Below, piece by piece: positions 48,334 through 59,586 of a stretch of DNA of 64,000 bases. The position numbers and the translations under genes are program-made. The notes under the pieces were generated by a model. The model saw only the letters and a program-made list of their open reading frames with translations. It had not been told where the DNA came from and searched no databases. Source of the DNA: an uncultured Coprobacillus sp. (GTDB lineage: Bacteria > Bacillota_I > Bacilli_A > ML615J-28 > CAG-698); contig CAYLPZ010000002.1 in assembly GCA_964385755.1 (NCBI GenBank), positions 8,302 through 72,301 of the forward strand, in the 5' to 3' direction. Position 1 is the stretch's first letter. Each line of letters begins with the position of its first letter.

Positions 48334-49305
48334 ATGGATTTAAGAAAAATATACGAATTTAACCCAAATGTATCTGAAGGAATTTTGAGAGGAACTAATG
48401 ATCATAATATTAAATTGATTGAATCATTTTTCTCTTTAGAATTAATAATTTCTGATGAATGTGTTTTTGTTGATGATAGTATTTTGCTATCTCAAGCTAA
48501 AGAAAAAAGAATTAAAAATATTTTTACTGCTTTAGAAACATTAATTTTAAATAATATCGAACTTACAATCAATGATGTAATCAGTATTATTAATAATATT
48601 GATGAAGATAATGTGGATTCTATTGCTAATTTATATCTAAAGAAAGAAGTTTTATTAACAACTTACTTTGGTAAAGTGATTTATCCCAAAACACTAAATC
48701 AAAAGATTTATTTAAAAGCTTTAGAAGATAATGATATTGTATTTGGTGTTGGTCCTGCAGGAACTGGTAAAACATATCTTGCTGTGATGTATGCGTTAAA
48801 GTGTTTAAAATCATTTAAAGTACGTCGAATTATTTTAGTTAGACCGATTGTTGAGGCGGGTGAGAAACTTGGGTTTTTGCCGGGGGATATGAAAGAGAAG
48901 ATTGATCCTTATCTAATCCCAATCTATGATGCTTTAAATGAAGCAATTGGTAAAGAACAAGTGGAAAAACTTATTGACAAAGGAACTATTGAAGTTGCAC
49001 CACTTGCTTATATGCGTGGTAGAACATTAGATAATGCTATTGTTATTTTAGATGAAGCACAAAACGCTACTTTGTCACAAATGAAAATGTTTCTAACTCG
49101 TTTAGGATTTGGTTCGAAGATGATCATTACTGGTGATATCTCACAAATAGATTTACCAAATAAAAATACGTCAGGAATGATTGAAGCTTTAAGAATTTTA
49201 GATAATCTAGAAGGAATAAAGATTATTAAGTTCTTAAAAGAAGATGTTATGCGTCATCCTTTAGTGTTTAAAATAATTGATCGCTATGAGAAGGAGTCTA
49301 AATAA
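48334..49305 (+). CDS. phoH: PhoH-family ATPase (YbeZ)
   Basis: Walker A GPAGTGKTYLA and a PhoH-like C-terminus. Confidence 0.9.
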   Translation: MDLRKIYEFNPNVSEGILRGTNDHNIKLIESFFSLELIISDECVFVDDSILLSQAKEKRIKNIFTALETLILNNIELTINDVISIINNIDEDNVDSIANLYLKKEVLLTTYFGKVIYPKTLNQKIYLKALEDNDIVFGVGPAGTGKTYLAVMYALKCLKSFKVRRIILVRPIVEAGEKLGFLPGDMKEKIDPYLIPIYDALNEAIGKEQVEKLIDKGTIEVAPLAYMRGRTLDNAIVILDEAQNATLSQMKMFLTRLGFGSKMIITGDISQIDLPNKNTSGMIEALRILDNLEGIKIIKFLKEDVMRHPLVFKIIDRYEKESK

Positions 49306-49730
49306 TGGAAATTAAACTTTTTAATGAATATCAAAAAGAAATATCATTTGATTATCAAAAGATAATTAATGATTTTCTTTCTTTCAAGGGCTTTGAAAGT
49401 GATAAAATTATTTCTCTTATCTTAGTTGATAATAATAAAATTCACGAAATTAATAAAAACTATCGTAACAAAGATTATGTAACTGATGTTATAAGTTTTG
49501 AATCTGATGATGAAGAAAATGATTTATACGCTGGGGAAATATTTTTATCAATTGACAGAGCTTTTGAACAAGCAAAGATGTATCAACATTCAATTGAACG
49601 AGAATTTGCTTTTCTTTTATGCCATGGTATATTACATTTGCATGGTTACGATCATATGAATAAAGTTGATGAAGAAATAATGTTTGCAAAACAAGAAGAA
49701 ATTCTTAATAATTTAAAATATGTGAGGTAA
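49305..49730 (+). CDS. ybeY: rRNA maturation endoribonuclease YbeY
   Basis: Metal-binding motif HGILHLHGYDH. Confidence 0.9.
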   Translation: MEIKLFNEYQKEISFDYQKIINDFLSFKGFESDKIISLILVDNNKIHEINKNYRNKDYVTDVISFESDDEENDLYAGEIFLSIDRAFEQAKMYQHSIEREFAFLLCHGILHLHGYDHMNKVDEEIMFAKQEEILNNLKYVR

Positions 49731-49734
49731 TTTA

Positions 49735-50163
49735 ATGACTAACTATAGTGACCAACAAATATTTGAAATGTTATACGAAAAAGCCAAAGAAGCATTTGAT
49801 AATGCTTACGCACCATATTCACATTTTAAAGTAGGAGCAAGTCTTCTTACCAAAGATGGAAAGATAATAAATGGTTGTAATGTTGAAAATTCATCATATG
49901 GTTTATCAATATGTGCAGAACGCACGTGCTTATTTAAAGCGTATTCTAAGGGAATAAGAAAAGATGATATTGTTTGTTTCTTAATCCTCGCAGAGACAAA
50001 TAGACCTGTATCACCTTGTGGAGCATGTCGTCAAGTCATGACTGAGCTAATGAACCTCAATACAAAAGTATATTTAACAAATCTTATGAAAGATACTATT
50101 ACATACACATGTGGTGATTTATTACCATATAGTTTTAATAGTGACGATTTAAAATATGAGTAA
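49735..50163 (+). CDS. cdd: Cytidine deaminase
   Basis: Zinc ligands CAER…PCGACRQ. Confidence 0.9.
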   Translation: MTNYSDQQIFEMLYEKAKEAFDNAYAPYSHFKVGASLLTKDGKIINGCNVENSSYGLSICAERTCLFKAYSKGIRKDDIVCFLILAETNRPVSPCGACRQVMTELMNLNTKVYLTNLMKDTITYTCGDLLPYSFNSDDLKYE

Positions 50164-51064
50164 TTTTAAGTCTGGATTTGTTGCAATTATCGGTAGACCT
50201 AATGTTGGTAAATCAACTTTTATTAACCAAGTATTAGGAAAGAAAGTATCAATCATTAGTCCAAAACCACAAACAACGCGAAATAAACTACAAGGTATCT
50301 ATACGACTAATGAAGAACAAATAATCTTTATTGATACACCAGGAATTCATAAACCTAGTAATAAACTTGGTGATTTTATGAATAAAGAAGCTTATTCTTC
50401 GCTTAATGATGTTGATATGATTATGCTTTTAGTAGATGGAACTCAAGATTTTGGCACAGGCGATAGTTATGTATTAAATATCTTAAAGAAAGTTAAAACA
50501 AAAGTAGTACTTGTTATCAATAAAATTGATTTAATTCATGATAAGAAAAGATTATTTGAAAGTATTAGTAAATTTGAAAACGAATATAAATTTAATCATA
50601 CATTTTTGATTAGTGCACTTACAGGTCAAAATGTTAACGATTTACTAAAGTATATCTCATCTAATCTTAATGATGGTCCAATGTATTTTCCAAAAGATCA
50701 AATTACTGATCATCCAGAAAAATTTATCATTAGTGAGATAATTCGTGAAAAAGTCTTATATCTAACTAAAGAAGAAGTACCACATTCAGTAGCGTGTGTA
50801 CTTGAGCATATGGAAGTTGATAAAGAAAATGCTAATTTAGTTAATATAAATGCGGTGATCGTCGTAGAACGTGACTCACAGAAGAAAATTATCATCGGCA
50901 AGGGTGGAAAGATGATAAAAAATATAGGTACACTTGCTAGAAAAGAACTTGTTATGTTTTTAGGCATGAAAGTTTATCTTGAAATATGGGTTAGAGTTGA
51001 GGAGAAATGGCGTGATAATCCTAGTTCATTAAGAAAGTTAGGCTATTACCAAGATAAATACTAA
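50156..51064 (+). CDS. era: GTPase Era
   Basis: G1 motif GRPNVGKSTF at the N-terminus and a C-terminal KH domain. Confidence 0.9.
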   Translation: MSNFKSGFVAIIGRPNVGKSTFINQVLGKKVSIISPKPQTTRNKLQGIYTTNEEQIIFIDTPGIHKPSNKLGDFMNKEAYSSLNDVDMIMLLVDGTQDFGTGDSYVLNILKKVKTKVVLVINKIDLIHDKKRLFESISKFENEYKFNHTFLISALTGQNVNDLLKYISSNLNDGPMYFPKDQITDHPEKFIISEIIREKVLYLTKEEVPHSVACVLEHMEVDKENANLVNINAVIVVERDSQKKIIIGKGGKMIKNIGTLARKELVMFLGMKVYLEIWVRVEEKWRDNPSSLRKLGYYQDKY

Positions 51065-51141
51065 TAAAATATTTTATACATTAATATCAATTTTGCATAT
51101 TAATGAAGAATATTCGTATAATATAGTTGGTGATAAATATT

Positions 51142-51255
51142 ATGAAAACAAAAATTATTGATGAATTAGAAAAATTCAAACAATCTGGCAAAATTGAAGA
51201 TTATTTAGAATATGCTAATAATAAAAAAATAATAAAAATAAACAAAAAACGATGA
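51142..51255 (+). CDS. YqzL-like small protein (37 aa), absent from the ORF track
   Basis: MKTKIIDELEKFKQSGKIEDYLEYANNKKIIKINKKR* lies between era and recO, exactly where B. subtilis yqzL sits. The …SG.IEDYL… core resembles the YqzL family motif. Confidence 0.4.
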   Translation: MKTKIIDELEKFKQSGKIEDYLEYANNKKIIKINKKR

Positions 51256-51273
51256 AGGCAGAAGAGAAACAAA

Positions 51274-51975
51274 ATGGAAATGTTGGAAGGAATTGTCCTA
51301 AGTCAAACAATTTATAAAGAAAACTCAAAAATAATTAAGATATTAAATAATCAAGAAATCCATTCATTTTTAGTACGTAATAGCTGCAAATATACTAGTA
51401 AAAATTTTGCTTATTCACAAGAATTAACAAAAATTAACTATGATTTTCATAAAAGTAATCATAATGCTTTTGATATTCTTACAACTGGTCAAGTAGTAAA
51501 TACATATCAAAATATTAAAAATGATTATTATAGGCTAGAACTAGCAGTAAAAATAATAGCACTTATCTGTAAACATGGAGATTTTGTTTCTAATTATCAA
51601 AACTTATATGATTTATTAACAATTATTTTAGATAAAATAGATACTTGTGATAATAAATATATATTAATTTATGAGTGTATCTTTAATTTAAAGTTTTTAT
51701 ATTTGATTGGTTACGGTCCTAAGTTTTCTTCATGTGTTTTATGTGGAAATAGTCCTGAATTCTTTTCAATTAAAGATGGAGGATCTGTTTGCAAGTCCTG
51801 CGCAAAAAGTAACTTTTATGATGAAGATATAAATATTATATTAAAATATTTGTATTTAATTAAATTAGATATTTTAAAAGAAATTGACTTTTCGTTACTT
51901 GAAGTTGATATTTTAAAATATCAAAATGTAATTAAAGATGTAATAAACAAATATTATATTTATCATGTAAATTAA
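51274..51975 (+). CDS. recO: DNA repair protein RecO
   Basis: N-terminal OB fold (…EGIVLSQTIYKENSKII…) and C-terminal zinc motif CVLCG…CKSC. Confidence 0.85.
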   Translation: MEMLEGIVLSQTIYKENSKIIKILNNQEIHSFLVRNSCKYTSKNFAYSQELTKINYDFHKSNHNAFDILTTGQVVNTYQNIKNDYYRLELAVKIIALICKHGDFVSNYQNLYDLLTIILDKIDTCDNKYILIYECIFNLKFLYLIGYGPKFSSCVLCGNSPEFFSIKDGGSVCKSCAKSNFYDEDINIILKYLYLIKLDILKEIDFSLLEVDILKYQNVIKDVINKYYIYHVN

Positions 51976-52028
51976 AAATACAGAATTTCTATAAATACAG
52001 ATTTTCTTGTATTTTTTTTATTTTATAT

Positions 52029-52057
52029 TTGACAAATGAAAATAATGAGTGTATATT
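52029..52057 (+). promoter_or_regulatory. SigA-type promoter (TTGACA-N17-TATATT) for the sigma-70 paralog
   Basis: -35 at 52029-52034, -10 at 52052-52057. Confidence 0.45.
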
Positions 52058-52161
52058 GTAGTAATACTCTTTTTTAATGTTATTTCATTTAATTTTGCTT
52101 TCTCAAAATTATTTAAATAATTTTATAAAACATTATCATAATACTATGAGGGGGAGTTATT

Positions 52162-53409
52162 GTGAGTGCTAAACAAGAAAAAAATGAGTTGCTAACAAAA
52201 GGGAGGATAAACGGTTTCATTACAAAAAAAGATATTATTAATGCTATTGATGAAATTGATGAAGAAGAAACTTGTGATGAGATATTTGCATTTTTAGATG
52301 AAAATGATATTGAAGTAAAAGAAGAAGATTTTAATGATGAAAAAGAATTTTATGAAGATGAATTGATTAATGAAATTGAGGACATTAAAAATAATGAAGA
52401 ATTTACTAATTTCAGTAAAGACATTGAAGATGAATTGATTCGTTCAGCTGATATCGAAGATTATAACATTAATAATACATCAGTTAATGATACTTTTAAA
52501 GCATATTTGAGTGAAATTGGTAGTATTCCTTTGCTTACACAAAATGAAGAATATACATTATCACAAAAAGTTCAAGATGGCATTTCCGCACAAATTGAAC
52601 TAGAAAAAATTAAAAATGGTAAAAAGAAAGGTACTCCAGAGAAAATAGAAAAATTAGAATATATTATCGAAGAAGGTAAATACTCTGAAAATAGATTTGT
52701 GGAAGCAAATTTACGATTAGTTGTTTACACTGCTAAGAAATATAGTCATCGTGGTTTATCTATAGAAGATTTAGTACAAGAGGGAAATATTGGTCTAATT
52801 AAAGCAGTCAAAAAATTTAACCCAACAATGGGCTTTAGATTCTGTACTTACTCAATTTGGTGGATTAGACAAGCAATTACGAGAGCTATTGCGGATCAGG
52901 CACGTATCATACGTATTCCTGTTCATTTAACTGAAAAATTAAATCGTATGGCAAAAATTATGAACAAGCTTCGAATTGCACTTGATCGAGAACCAACAGA
53001 TGAAGAAATTGCTAATGAAATGAACGAAAAAATTGAGAAGATAAAATTCTATCGCTTAATATTCCCAGATACTGAATGCCTAGATGATATCGTTAATAAA
53101 GAAGATAACACGACTAGATCCGATTTTGTTCCTGATAGCAATCCTAATGCATTTGAGTATGCTATGGAAGAAAAATTTAAAGAAGCAATTGAGTTATTAC
53201 TTGATCGATTGTCACAAAAAGAAAAAGATGTTATTAAACTCAAATATGGTCTTATTGATGGTAGAACTCATACGTTAGAAGAAGTAGGTATTGCTTTCAA
53301 TTTAACAAGAGAACGTATAAGACAAATAGAAGTTAATGCATTAATTAAAATGAGACATCCAAGCAATCGTAATATTATAAGATACATAAAAGATTGCATG
53401 CGTACATAA
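52162..53409 (+). CDS. Second sigma-70 family (group 1/2, SigA-like) RNA polymerase sigma factor
   Basis: Regions 1.1, 1.2, 2, 3 and 4 are all present (…RFVEANLRLVVYTAKKY…EGNIGLIKAVKKF…YSIWWIRQAITRAI…[19 protein letters not shown]…) and collinear with the dnaG-linked sigA at 56857. GTG start after RBS GGGGGAG. Confidence 0.85.
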   Translation: MSAKQEKNELLTKGRINGFITKKDIINAIDEIDEEETCDEIFAFLDENDIEVKEEDFNDEKEFYEDELINEIEDIKNNEEFTNFSKDIEDELIRSADIEDYNINNTSVNDTFKAYLSEIGSIPLLTQNEEYTLSQKVQDGISAQIELEKIKNGKKKGTPEKIEKLEYIIEEGKYSENRFVEANLRLVVYTAKKYSHRGLSIEDLVQEGNIGLIKAVKKFNPTMGFRFCTYSIWWIRQAITRAIADQARIIRIPVHLTEKLNRMAKIMNKLRIALDREPTDEEIANEMNEKIEKIKFYRLIFPDTECLDDIVNKEDNTTRSDFVPDSNPNAFEYAMEEKFKEAIELLLDRLSQKEKDVIKLKYGLIDGRTHTLEEVGIAFNLTRERIRQIEVNALIKMRHPSNRNIIRYIKDCMRT

Positions 53410-53561
53410 TAAATATTTTGACTGTATGACATTTTTTGTCGTATGGTCTTTTTATATTCATTTTCAATTTATGATAATATTTATATTATTTATTTATATT
53501 TAAATTATAGAATATTCTTGTTGATATTGTAAAAAATATGTAAAAACTATTTTTATATAAC

Positions 53562-53589
53562 TTGACAATTGCATAAAAATTGATATAAT
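53562..53589 (+). promoter_or_regulatory. SigA promoter with extended -10 (TTGACA-N16-TGaTATAAT) for glyQS; leader only about 55 nt
   Basis: -35 at 53562-53567; TGATATAAT at 53581-53589. No T-box motifs (AGGGTGGNACCGCG) between 53410 and 53650. Confidence 0.5.
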
Positions 53590-53649
53590 AATAAGATAAG
53601 GAATAATGTAATTTGTCAAAATTTTGGAGGATATATCATGGAAATTTCA

Positions 53650-55011
53650 ATGGAAAAATTTGTAGCTTTTTTGAAAAGTCAAGGATTTGTTTATCAAGGA
53701 TCTGAAATATATGGTGGTCTTGCTAATGCATGGGATTATGGTCCACTAGGTGTTGAACTATTAAATAATATCAAACAAACGTGGTGGAAGAAATTTGTAC
53801 AAGAGTCTCCTTATAATGTTGGTATGGATAGTGCAATTTTAATGAACACTAATGTTTGGATTGCAAGTGGTCATGTTGGTGGTTTTAGTGACCCACTAAC
53901 AGATTGTAAGAGTTGTGGTGTTCGTTACCGTGCCGATAAGTTGATTGAAGATTTTACTAATGGTCAAATTACTGGTGATGGAATGTCTAATGAACAAATT
54001 ATGGATTTTATTACTGAACATAAAATCGCTTGTCCTAAGTGTGGAAGTACACAATTTACTCCTATTCGTAAATTTAATTTAATGTTTAAGACAAACCAAG
54101 GTGTTATTGAAGATGAAAAAAATGTTGTTTATCTTCGTCCTGAAACTGCACAAGGAATTTTTGTTAACTTTAAAAATGTTCAACGTACAACTAGAAAAAA
54201 GATTCCTTTTGGAATTGGTCAAATAGGTAAAAGCTTTAGAAATGAAATTACACCTGGAAACTTTATTTTCCGTACTCGTGAATTTGAACAAATGGAACTA
54301 GAATTTTTCTGTAAACCTGGAACTGATTTAGAATGGTTTAATTATTGGAAGCAATACTGTCTTGATTTTCTAAAATTTGTTGGTTTAAAACCAGAACTTG
54401 TACGTTTCCGTGACCATTCACCAGAAGAACTATGTTTCTATTCAAAGGCAACTACCGACATTGAATTTAAATTTTTCTTTGGTTGGGGTGAACTTTGGGG
54501 AATTGCGGATAGAACAGATTATGATTTAACACAACATATGAAAAAATCTAATGAAAGTTTAGAATATTTTGAAACTGAAACTAACACTAAATATATTCCA
54601 TATGTTATTGAACCTTCTTTAGGTGCTGGTCGTTTATTCTTAGCTATATTAACTAGTGCTTATGAAGTAGAAGACTTAGGAAATGGTGAAACTCGTGAAG
54701 TTTTACATATTAAACCATCTTTAGCACCTAAAAAAGTGGCTGTATTACCTTTAGTCAATAAATTAAATGCGGAAGCAATGAAGGTATATGAATTATTAAT
54801 CAAAGAATTTGCTTGTGATTTTGATACAAGCGGACAAATTGGTAAGAGATATCGTCGCCAGGATGCTTGTGGAACACCTTACTGTGTAACATTTGATTAT
54901 GATTCTTTAGAAGATAATTGCGTTACTGTTCGTGATCGTGACACAATGAAACAAGAAAGAATCGCTATTAGTGATTTAATTACGTATATTGAAAACAAGA
55001 TAAAAGAATAA
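53650..55011 (+). CDS. glyQS: Glycyl-tRNA synthetase (alpha2 type, GlyQS)
   Basis: …[26 protein letters not shown]… plus class II motifs. One polypeptide, so not a split glyQ/glyS. Confidence 0.9.
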   Translation: MEKFVAFLKSQGFVYQGSEIYGGLANAWDYGPLGVELLNNIKQTWWKKFVQESPYNVGMDSAILMNTNVWIASGHVGGFSDPLTDCKSCGVRYRADKLIEDFTNGQITGDGMSNEQIMDFITEHKIACPKCGSTQFTPIRKFNLMFKTNQGVIEDEKNVVYLRPETAQGIFVNFKNVQRTTRKKIPFGIGQIGKSFRNEITPGNFIFRTREFEQMELEFFCKPGTDLEWFNYWKQYCLDFLKFVGLKPELVRFRDHSPEELCFYSKATTDIEFKFFFGWGELWGIADRTDYDLTQHMKKSNESLEYFETETNTKYIPYVIEPSLGAGRLFLAILTSAYEVEDLGNGETREVLHIKPSLAPKKVAVLPLVNKLNAEAMKVYELLIKEFACDFDTSGQIGKRYRRQDACGTPYCVTFDYDSLEDNCVTVRDRDTMKQERIAISDLITYIENKIKE

Positions 55012-55052
55012 TATAATAGATATTTATAATTTTCAAGAAGGAGAAATGCTTA

Positions 55053-56852
55053 ATGAATAATATTAGTAATAATAACAATATTAATAATAGTCAATATAGT
55101 AAGATTATTGATGAAAGTGATATTGTTTCGGTTATTAGTCAGTATGTTCATCTTGAAAAGAAAGGAAATGATTATAAAGGTTTGTGTCCATTTCATAATG
55201 ATGCCAATCCTTCTTTATCTGTTTCTCCTAGTAAGAGAGTTTATAAATGTTTTAGTTGTAATGAAGCTGGTAATGTAATTACCTTTGTACAAAAAATTGA
55301 AAATATTTCTACTTTTGATGCCATGAAAAAAGTTGCTTTAATGTCAGGTATACAACTAGACCTTAAAGAAAACCCAAAAGAAGCAAGAAATTCGAAATAT
55401 TATCAAATTATGAAAGATGCTGTTAAAACATACGAGTTCTATCTTAAGAACACTAATGAAGGAATAGAAGCTCTTAAGTATTTAACAAATAGAAATATTA
55501 CAGATGATATTATCAAAAGATTTCATATTGGATTATCTAGTCACAAAGATGATATCATTACTAAAGTATTAATTGAACAAAATAAATATTTGCCAATAGA
55601 TTTATTAGAATTAGGATTAATAAGTAATAACCAAAACAAGTATCAAGATTTATATCATGGAAGAATAATGTTTCCAATTACTGATATTAGGGGAAATACT
55701 ATTGCTTTTAGTGGACGAATATATGATACTAAATCTAATTCTAAATATATTAATTCTAAAGAAAGCACTATATTCAAGAAAAAAGAAGTTTTATATAATT
55801 TCTTTGAATCATTAAATGACATTAAAACGCTTGATCAAGTTTTTATCTTCGAAGGTTTTATGGATGTTATTGCTGCCTATCGTGGAGGAATACCAAATAG
55901 CATTGCAACAATGGGAACAGCGTTAACCACTGATCAAATAAATATTATTACTAAAGTAACAAAGAATATTGTATTATGTTATGATGGCGATACTCCAGGT
56001 GTTAATGCAATGAAAAGAGCAATTTCATTGTTTGCTTTAAAAAATATAACTGTTAAAACAGTCGCAATGCCTGAAGGACTTGATCCTGACGATTATATTA
56101 ATAAATATGGTAAAGAAGCATTTTATGATTTATTTACTAATCATCAAATTTCTTCCTTTGATTATTTATATGAAGTAGCAAGAAGATCATTAAATGTAAG
56201 TGATCTTAATAGCATTGCAAGATTTCAAACTGAAATTTATGATTTAGCGAGAAAAGCTAACAATCTAACGATTGAAAATTATTTAATTGAGAAATTAAGT
56301 AAGACACTTAATACAAGTAGTGCGAAGCTAGAAAATGATTTAAAAATATATAAAAATAACAATTCTTTTGTAGAACAAATAAGAAATACAAATACAAGTA
56401 CGAAACCTACACAAAGGAAGAGTGAGGTTATTAAGAATATTTACGAAGAAGCAGAAAAAGGTATCGTATATTTATCTTTTATAAATCGTGATGCTTGTAT
56501 TGAAACAAAAAATTCATTAGAAGTTGAGGATTATATTAATAAAACTAATCGTAATATTTTATACGAATTATACAATTACTATGGCTTAGCAAAAGAAATG
56601 AATAAAGAAGAATTCTTTAATAGACTTAGTCCAATTCAAGTAAATAGTTTAAATACGATTATTAACACATGTTCATTTTATACTATCGACTCTTTACATG
56701 ATTTTATTGCTTATGTAAAAAAGGCAAATAGTTATAAAGATTTACTATTTTTAGAACGTAAACTTGAAAATGAAATTAATCCAGAAAAGAAATCTGATAT
56801 CATTCAAGATATTGCTTTAAGCAAAAAAAGTTTAATTAAAATAAAAAAATGA
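55053..56852 (+). CDS. dnaG: DNA primase
   Basis: Zinc-binding [10 protein letters not shown]…CFSC and TOPRIM (…EGFMDVIA…CYDGD…). Confidence 0.9.
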   Translation: MNNISNNNNINNSQYSKIIDESDIVSVISQYVHLEKKGNDYKGLCPFHNDANPSLSVSPSKRVYKCFSCNEAGNVITFVQKIENISTFDAMKKVALMSGIQLDLKENPKEARNSKYYQIMKDAVKTYEFYLKNTNEGIEALKYLTNRNITDDIIKRFHIGLSSHKDDIITKVLIEQNKYLPIDLLELGLISNNQNKYQDLYHGRIMFPITDIRGNTIAFSGRIYDTKSNSKYINSKESTIFKKKEVLYNFFESLNDIKTLDQVFIFEGFMDVIAAYRGGIPNSIATMGTALTTDQINIITKVTKNIVLCYDGDTPGVNAMKRAISLFALKNITVKTVAMPEGLDPDDYINKYGKEAFYDLFTNHQISSFDYLYEVARRSLNVSDLNSIARFQTEIYDLARKANNLTIENYLIEKLSKTLNTSSAKLENDLKIYKNNNSFVEQIRNTNTSTKPTQRKSEVIKNIYEEAEKGIVYLSFINRDACIETKNSLEVEDYINKTNRNILYELYNYYGLAKEMNKEEFFNRLSPIQVNSLNTIINTCSFYTIDSLHDFIAYVKKANSYKDLLFLERKLENEINPEKKSDIIQDIALSKKSLIKIKK

Positions 56853-56856
56853 GGTA

Positions 56857-58125
56857 ATGCCAATGGAAAATGAAAATAAACCACTAGAGGAACTTTTATT
56901 GTTGTCAAAATCAAATAATGGTTGTGTAAAAACTTCAGACTTAATTAAATATTATCCTATTGATTCTGAAGAATATGATCAGTTACATATTGCACTTGAG
57001 GAAAATGATGTAACAATTATTGAGGAAGATGATGATGAATTCATCGATTTAGATAAAATCGATGATGATTTTGATGGGTTCATCGGTAAAATTGAAAATG
57101 ATCCAGAATTTACTCAATTTAATAACGAAATAGAAAATGAACTTCTAAAAAGTAAAGATATCGAAGATCTTGTTTCCGGCACCGCAAATATCTCTTCTGA
57201 TGATCCTGTAAAGATGTATTTACGTGAAATTGGTCAAATTCCTCTATTAACTATGCAACAAGAAATTGACTTATCACGTACTATTCAAGAAGGAATGAGT
57301 GCTGATTATGCCTTAGAACAATATCGTTTAGGTAATAAGCAATATACTCCTGAGGAAGTTAGTAATTTAAAAGAATTGATTTCTGAAGGAAAAGAAGCTA
57401 GAGATATTTTGACTGAATCTAATTTACGTTTAGTAGTTTCGATTGCTAAAAAGTTCTTAGGTAGAGGGTTACCTTTACAAGACTTAATTCAAGAAGGAAA
57501 TATGGGCTTAATGCGTGCTGTTAAGAAATTCGATCCAACAAGAGGATATAAATTTTCTACATATGCGACTTGGTGGATTAAACAATCTATTACACGTGCT
57601 ATCTCTGACCAAGCTCGTACAATTCGTATTCCTGTTCATTTAAATGAAACCATTAATCGTATGGTACGTATTCAACGTAAATTAACTCAAGAGTTACATC
57701 GTGAACCTACAGATCAAGAGATTGCTGATGAAATGAATGAAAAAGTTGAAAAGGTTCGTTACATTAAGAAGATAGCACAAGAGCCTGTTTCTTTAGAAAC
57801 ACCAGTAGGTGAGGAAGATGATTCAACTTTAGGCGATTTTGTTCATGATGCGGAAATGTTAAATCCATTTGAATATACAATGCAAGAAAAATTTAAAGAA
57901 GAAATTGATAATTTCTTACACGAACTTCAACCTCGTGAAGAACAAGTAATTCGTCTTCGTTATGGTTTAACTGATGGTAGAGTTCGTACATTAGAAGAAG
58001 TTGGTAAAGAGTTTAATGTAACTAGAGAACGTATTAGACAAATTGAAGCAAAAGCAATTCGTAGATTACGTCATCCAGCTCGACAACGTTCACTAAAATA
58101 TCTTAAAGGATATACAAAAGACTAA
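56857..58125 (+). CDS. sigA: RNA polymerase principal sigma factor SigA
   Basis: Canonical dnaG-sigA arrangement and a full sigma-70 region set (…[12 protein letters not shown]…[16 protein letters not shown]…[29 protein letters not shown]…). Confidence 0.9.
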   Translation: MPMENENKPLEELLLLSKSNNGCVKTSDLIKYYPIDSEEYDQLHIALEENDVTIIEEDDDEFIDLDKIDDDFDGFIGKIENDPEFTQFNNEIENELLKSKDIEDLVSGTANISSDDPVKMYLREIGQIPLLTMQQEIDLSRTIQEGMSADYALEQYRLGNKQYTPEEVSNLKELISEGKEARDILTESNLRLVVSIAKKFLGRGLPLQDLIQEGNMGLMRAVKKFDPTRGYKFSTYATWWIKQSITRAISDQARTIRIPVHLNETINRMVRIQRKLTQELHREPTDQEIADEMNEKVEKVRYIKKIAQEPVSLETPVGEEDDSTLGDFVHDAEMLNPFEYTMQEKFKEEIDNFLHELQPREEQVIRLRYGLTDGRVRTLEEVGKEFNVTRERIRQIEAKAIRRLRHPARQRSLKYLKGYTKD

Positions 58126-58151
58126 ATATTAATTATTAAGGAGATATAATA

Positions 58152-59483
58152 ATGGAAATTTCTATTTCAAAGGAATTCTTACAAAAATGTAATGCTTCTT
58201 ATGAAAAAAATCCAATAAACAAAGTTGTTCGTCATGCTTTAACAAATGAAAGCATAACTAATGTTGCAAGAAGCCAAGATGAATTAAAACTTAATAGTTT
58301 TAATTTCTCAATTAATATCCCAACACAAAAGTGCGCAAACCAAAAAAATTCTGGTCGTTGTTGGATTTTTGCTGGGTTAAATGTACTACGTGAAATTATT
58401 TGTGATAAATGTGGAATTACAAATTTTGAATTATCACAAAGCTATGTAGCATTTTATGATAAACTAGAAAAGATTAACTATAAACTTGAATCTATTATCT
58501 CACTACTTGGTAATAATCCTGATGATCGAGTGTTTTCATTTGTATTACGTGGTGGTATTGAAGATGGTGGACAATGGGATATGTTTGTTAATGTAGTAAA
58601 GAAATATGGTGTTGTTCCTAAAACTGTTTTAGATGAAACATATCAAAGTAGCAATACTAGAGAATTAAATAGTTTAATCAATGTTGAATTAAAGAAATTT
58701 GCTATTAAAGCTCAAGAATTATATAAAACAAATGATATGGATGCTATATATGCTTTAAAAAATGAAATGCTTGAAAAGTATTATCATTTATTACTTAATG
58801 CTTATGGAAGACCAGTAGAAGAATTTGATTTTGAATATACAGATAAAAATGGTAAATATCATCTTGAAAAAGGTTATACACCACTTTCTTTCTTTGAAAA
58901 ATACATTGGTAATACTATTGATGAATATGTAAGTTTAATTAATTCACCAACTCCTGATAAACCTTACTATCAAACATACACAATTGACTATTTAGGTAAT
59001 GTTGTTGGTGGTAATGATATCTTACATTTAAATTTACCAATTGAAAGATTTAAAGAATTAGCTTTAAAACAACTTTCTAACAACGAAGTTGTATGGTTTG
59101 GTTGTGACTGTGGAATGTATGCGGACAGAAAATTAAGTATCTGGGATATTAATTCTTATGATTATAACACTCCATTTGCTTTAGATTACAAAGAAAGTAA
59201 ATGCAATGCTTTAACATATGGTATTAGTGCAATGGATCACGCAATGGTATTTACTGGTGTTAATGTTATTGATGGTAAAACAACTAAATGGAAGGTTGAA
59301 AATAGCTGGGGAACAGATAAACCAAACGAAGGTTATTATGTTATGACAGATGCTTGGTTTGATTTATATGTTTATCAACTTGTAATCAATAAAAAATATT
59401 TAACTAAAGAAGAACTAAGTTGCTATAATAAAGATGTGATTGTGCTAAAACCATGGGATCCGATGGGCACTCTAGCAAAATAA
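58152..59483 (+). CDS. pepC: Aminopeptidase C (C1-family bleomycin-hydrolase-like)
   Basis: Active-site …QKNSGRCWIFA… plus C-terminal His/Asn region. Confidence 0.85.
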   Translation: MEISISKEFLQKCNASYEKNPINKVVRHALTNESITNVARSQDELKLNSFNFSINIPTQKCANQKNSGRCWIFAGLNVLREIICDKCGITNFELSQSYVAFYDKLEKINYKLESIISLLGNNPDDRVFSFVLRGGIEDGGQWDMFVNVVKKYGVVPKTVLDETYQSSNTRELNSLINVELKKFAIKAQELYKTNDMDAIYALKNEMLEKYYHLLLNAYGRPVEEFDFEYTDKNGKYHLEKGYTPLSFFEKYIGNTIDEYVSLINSPTPDKPYYQTYTIDYLGNVVGGNDILHLNLPIERFKELALKQLSNNEVVWFGCDCGMYADRKLSIWDINSYDYNTPFALDYKESKCNALTYGISAMDHAMVFTGVNVIDGKTTKWKVENSWGTDKPNEGYYVMTDAWFDLYVYQLVINKKYLTKEELSCYNKDVIVLKPWDPMGTLAK

Positions 59484-59586
59484 TTTCAAAATATTAATTA
59501 AGTTATACGAAAACGTATAACTTTTTTATTTAAAATATGATATAATGTTATCACTGATTACAAATTTACTATTTTTTGGTGTTAAT

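Noticed and set aside
53410-53650. Expected glycine T-box riboswitch upstream of glyQS
   Set aside because: No specifier-loop or T-box consensus (AGGGTGGNACCGCG) could be found. A strong promoter sits only about 55 nt from the start codon.
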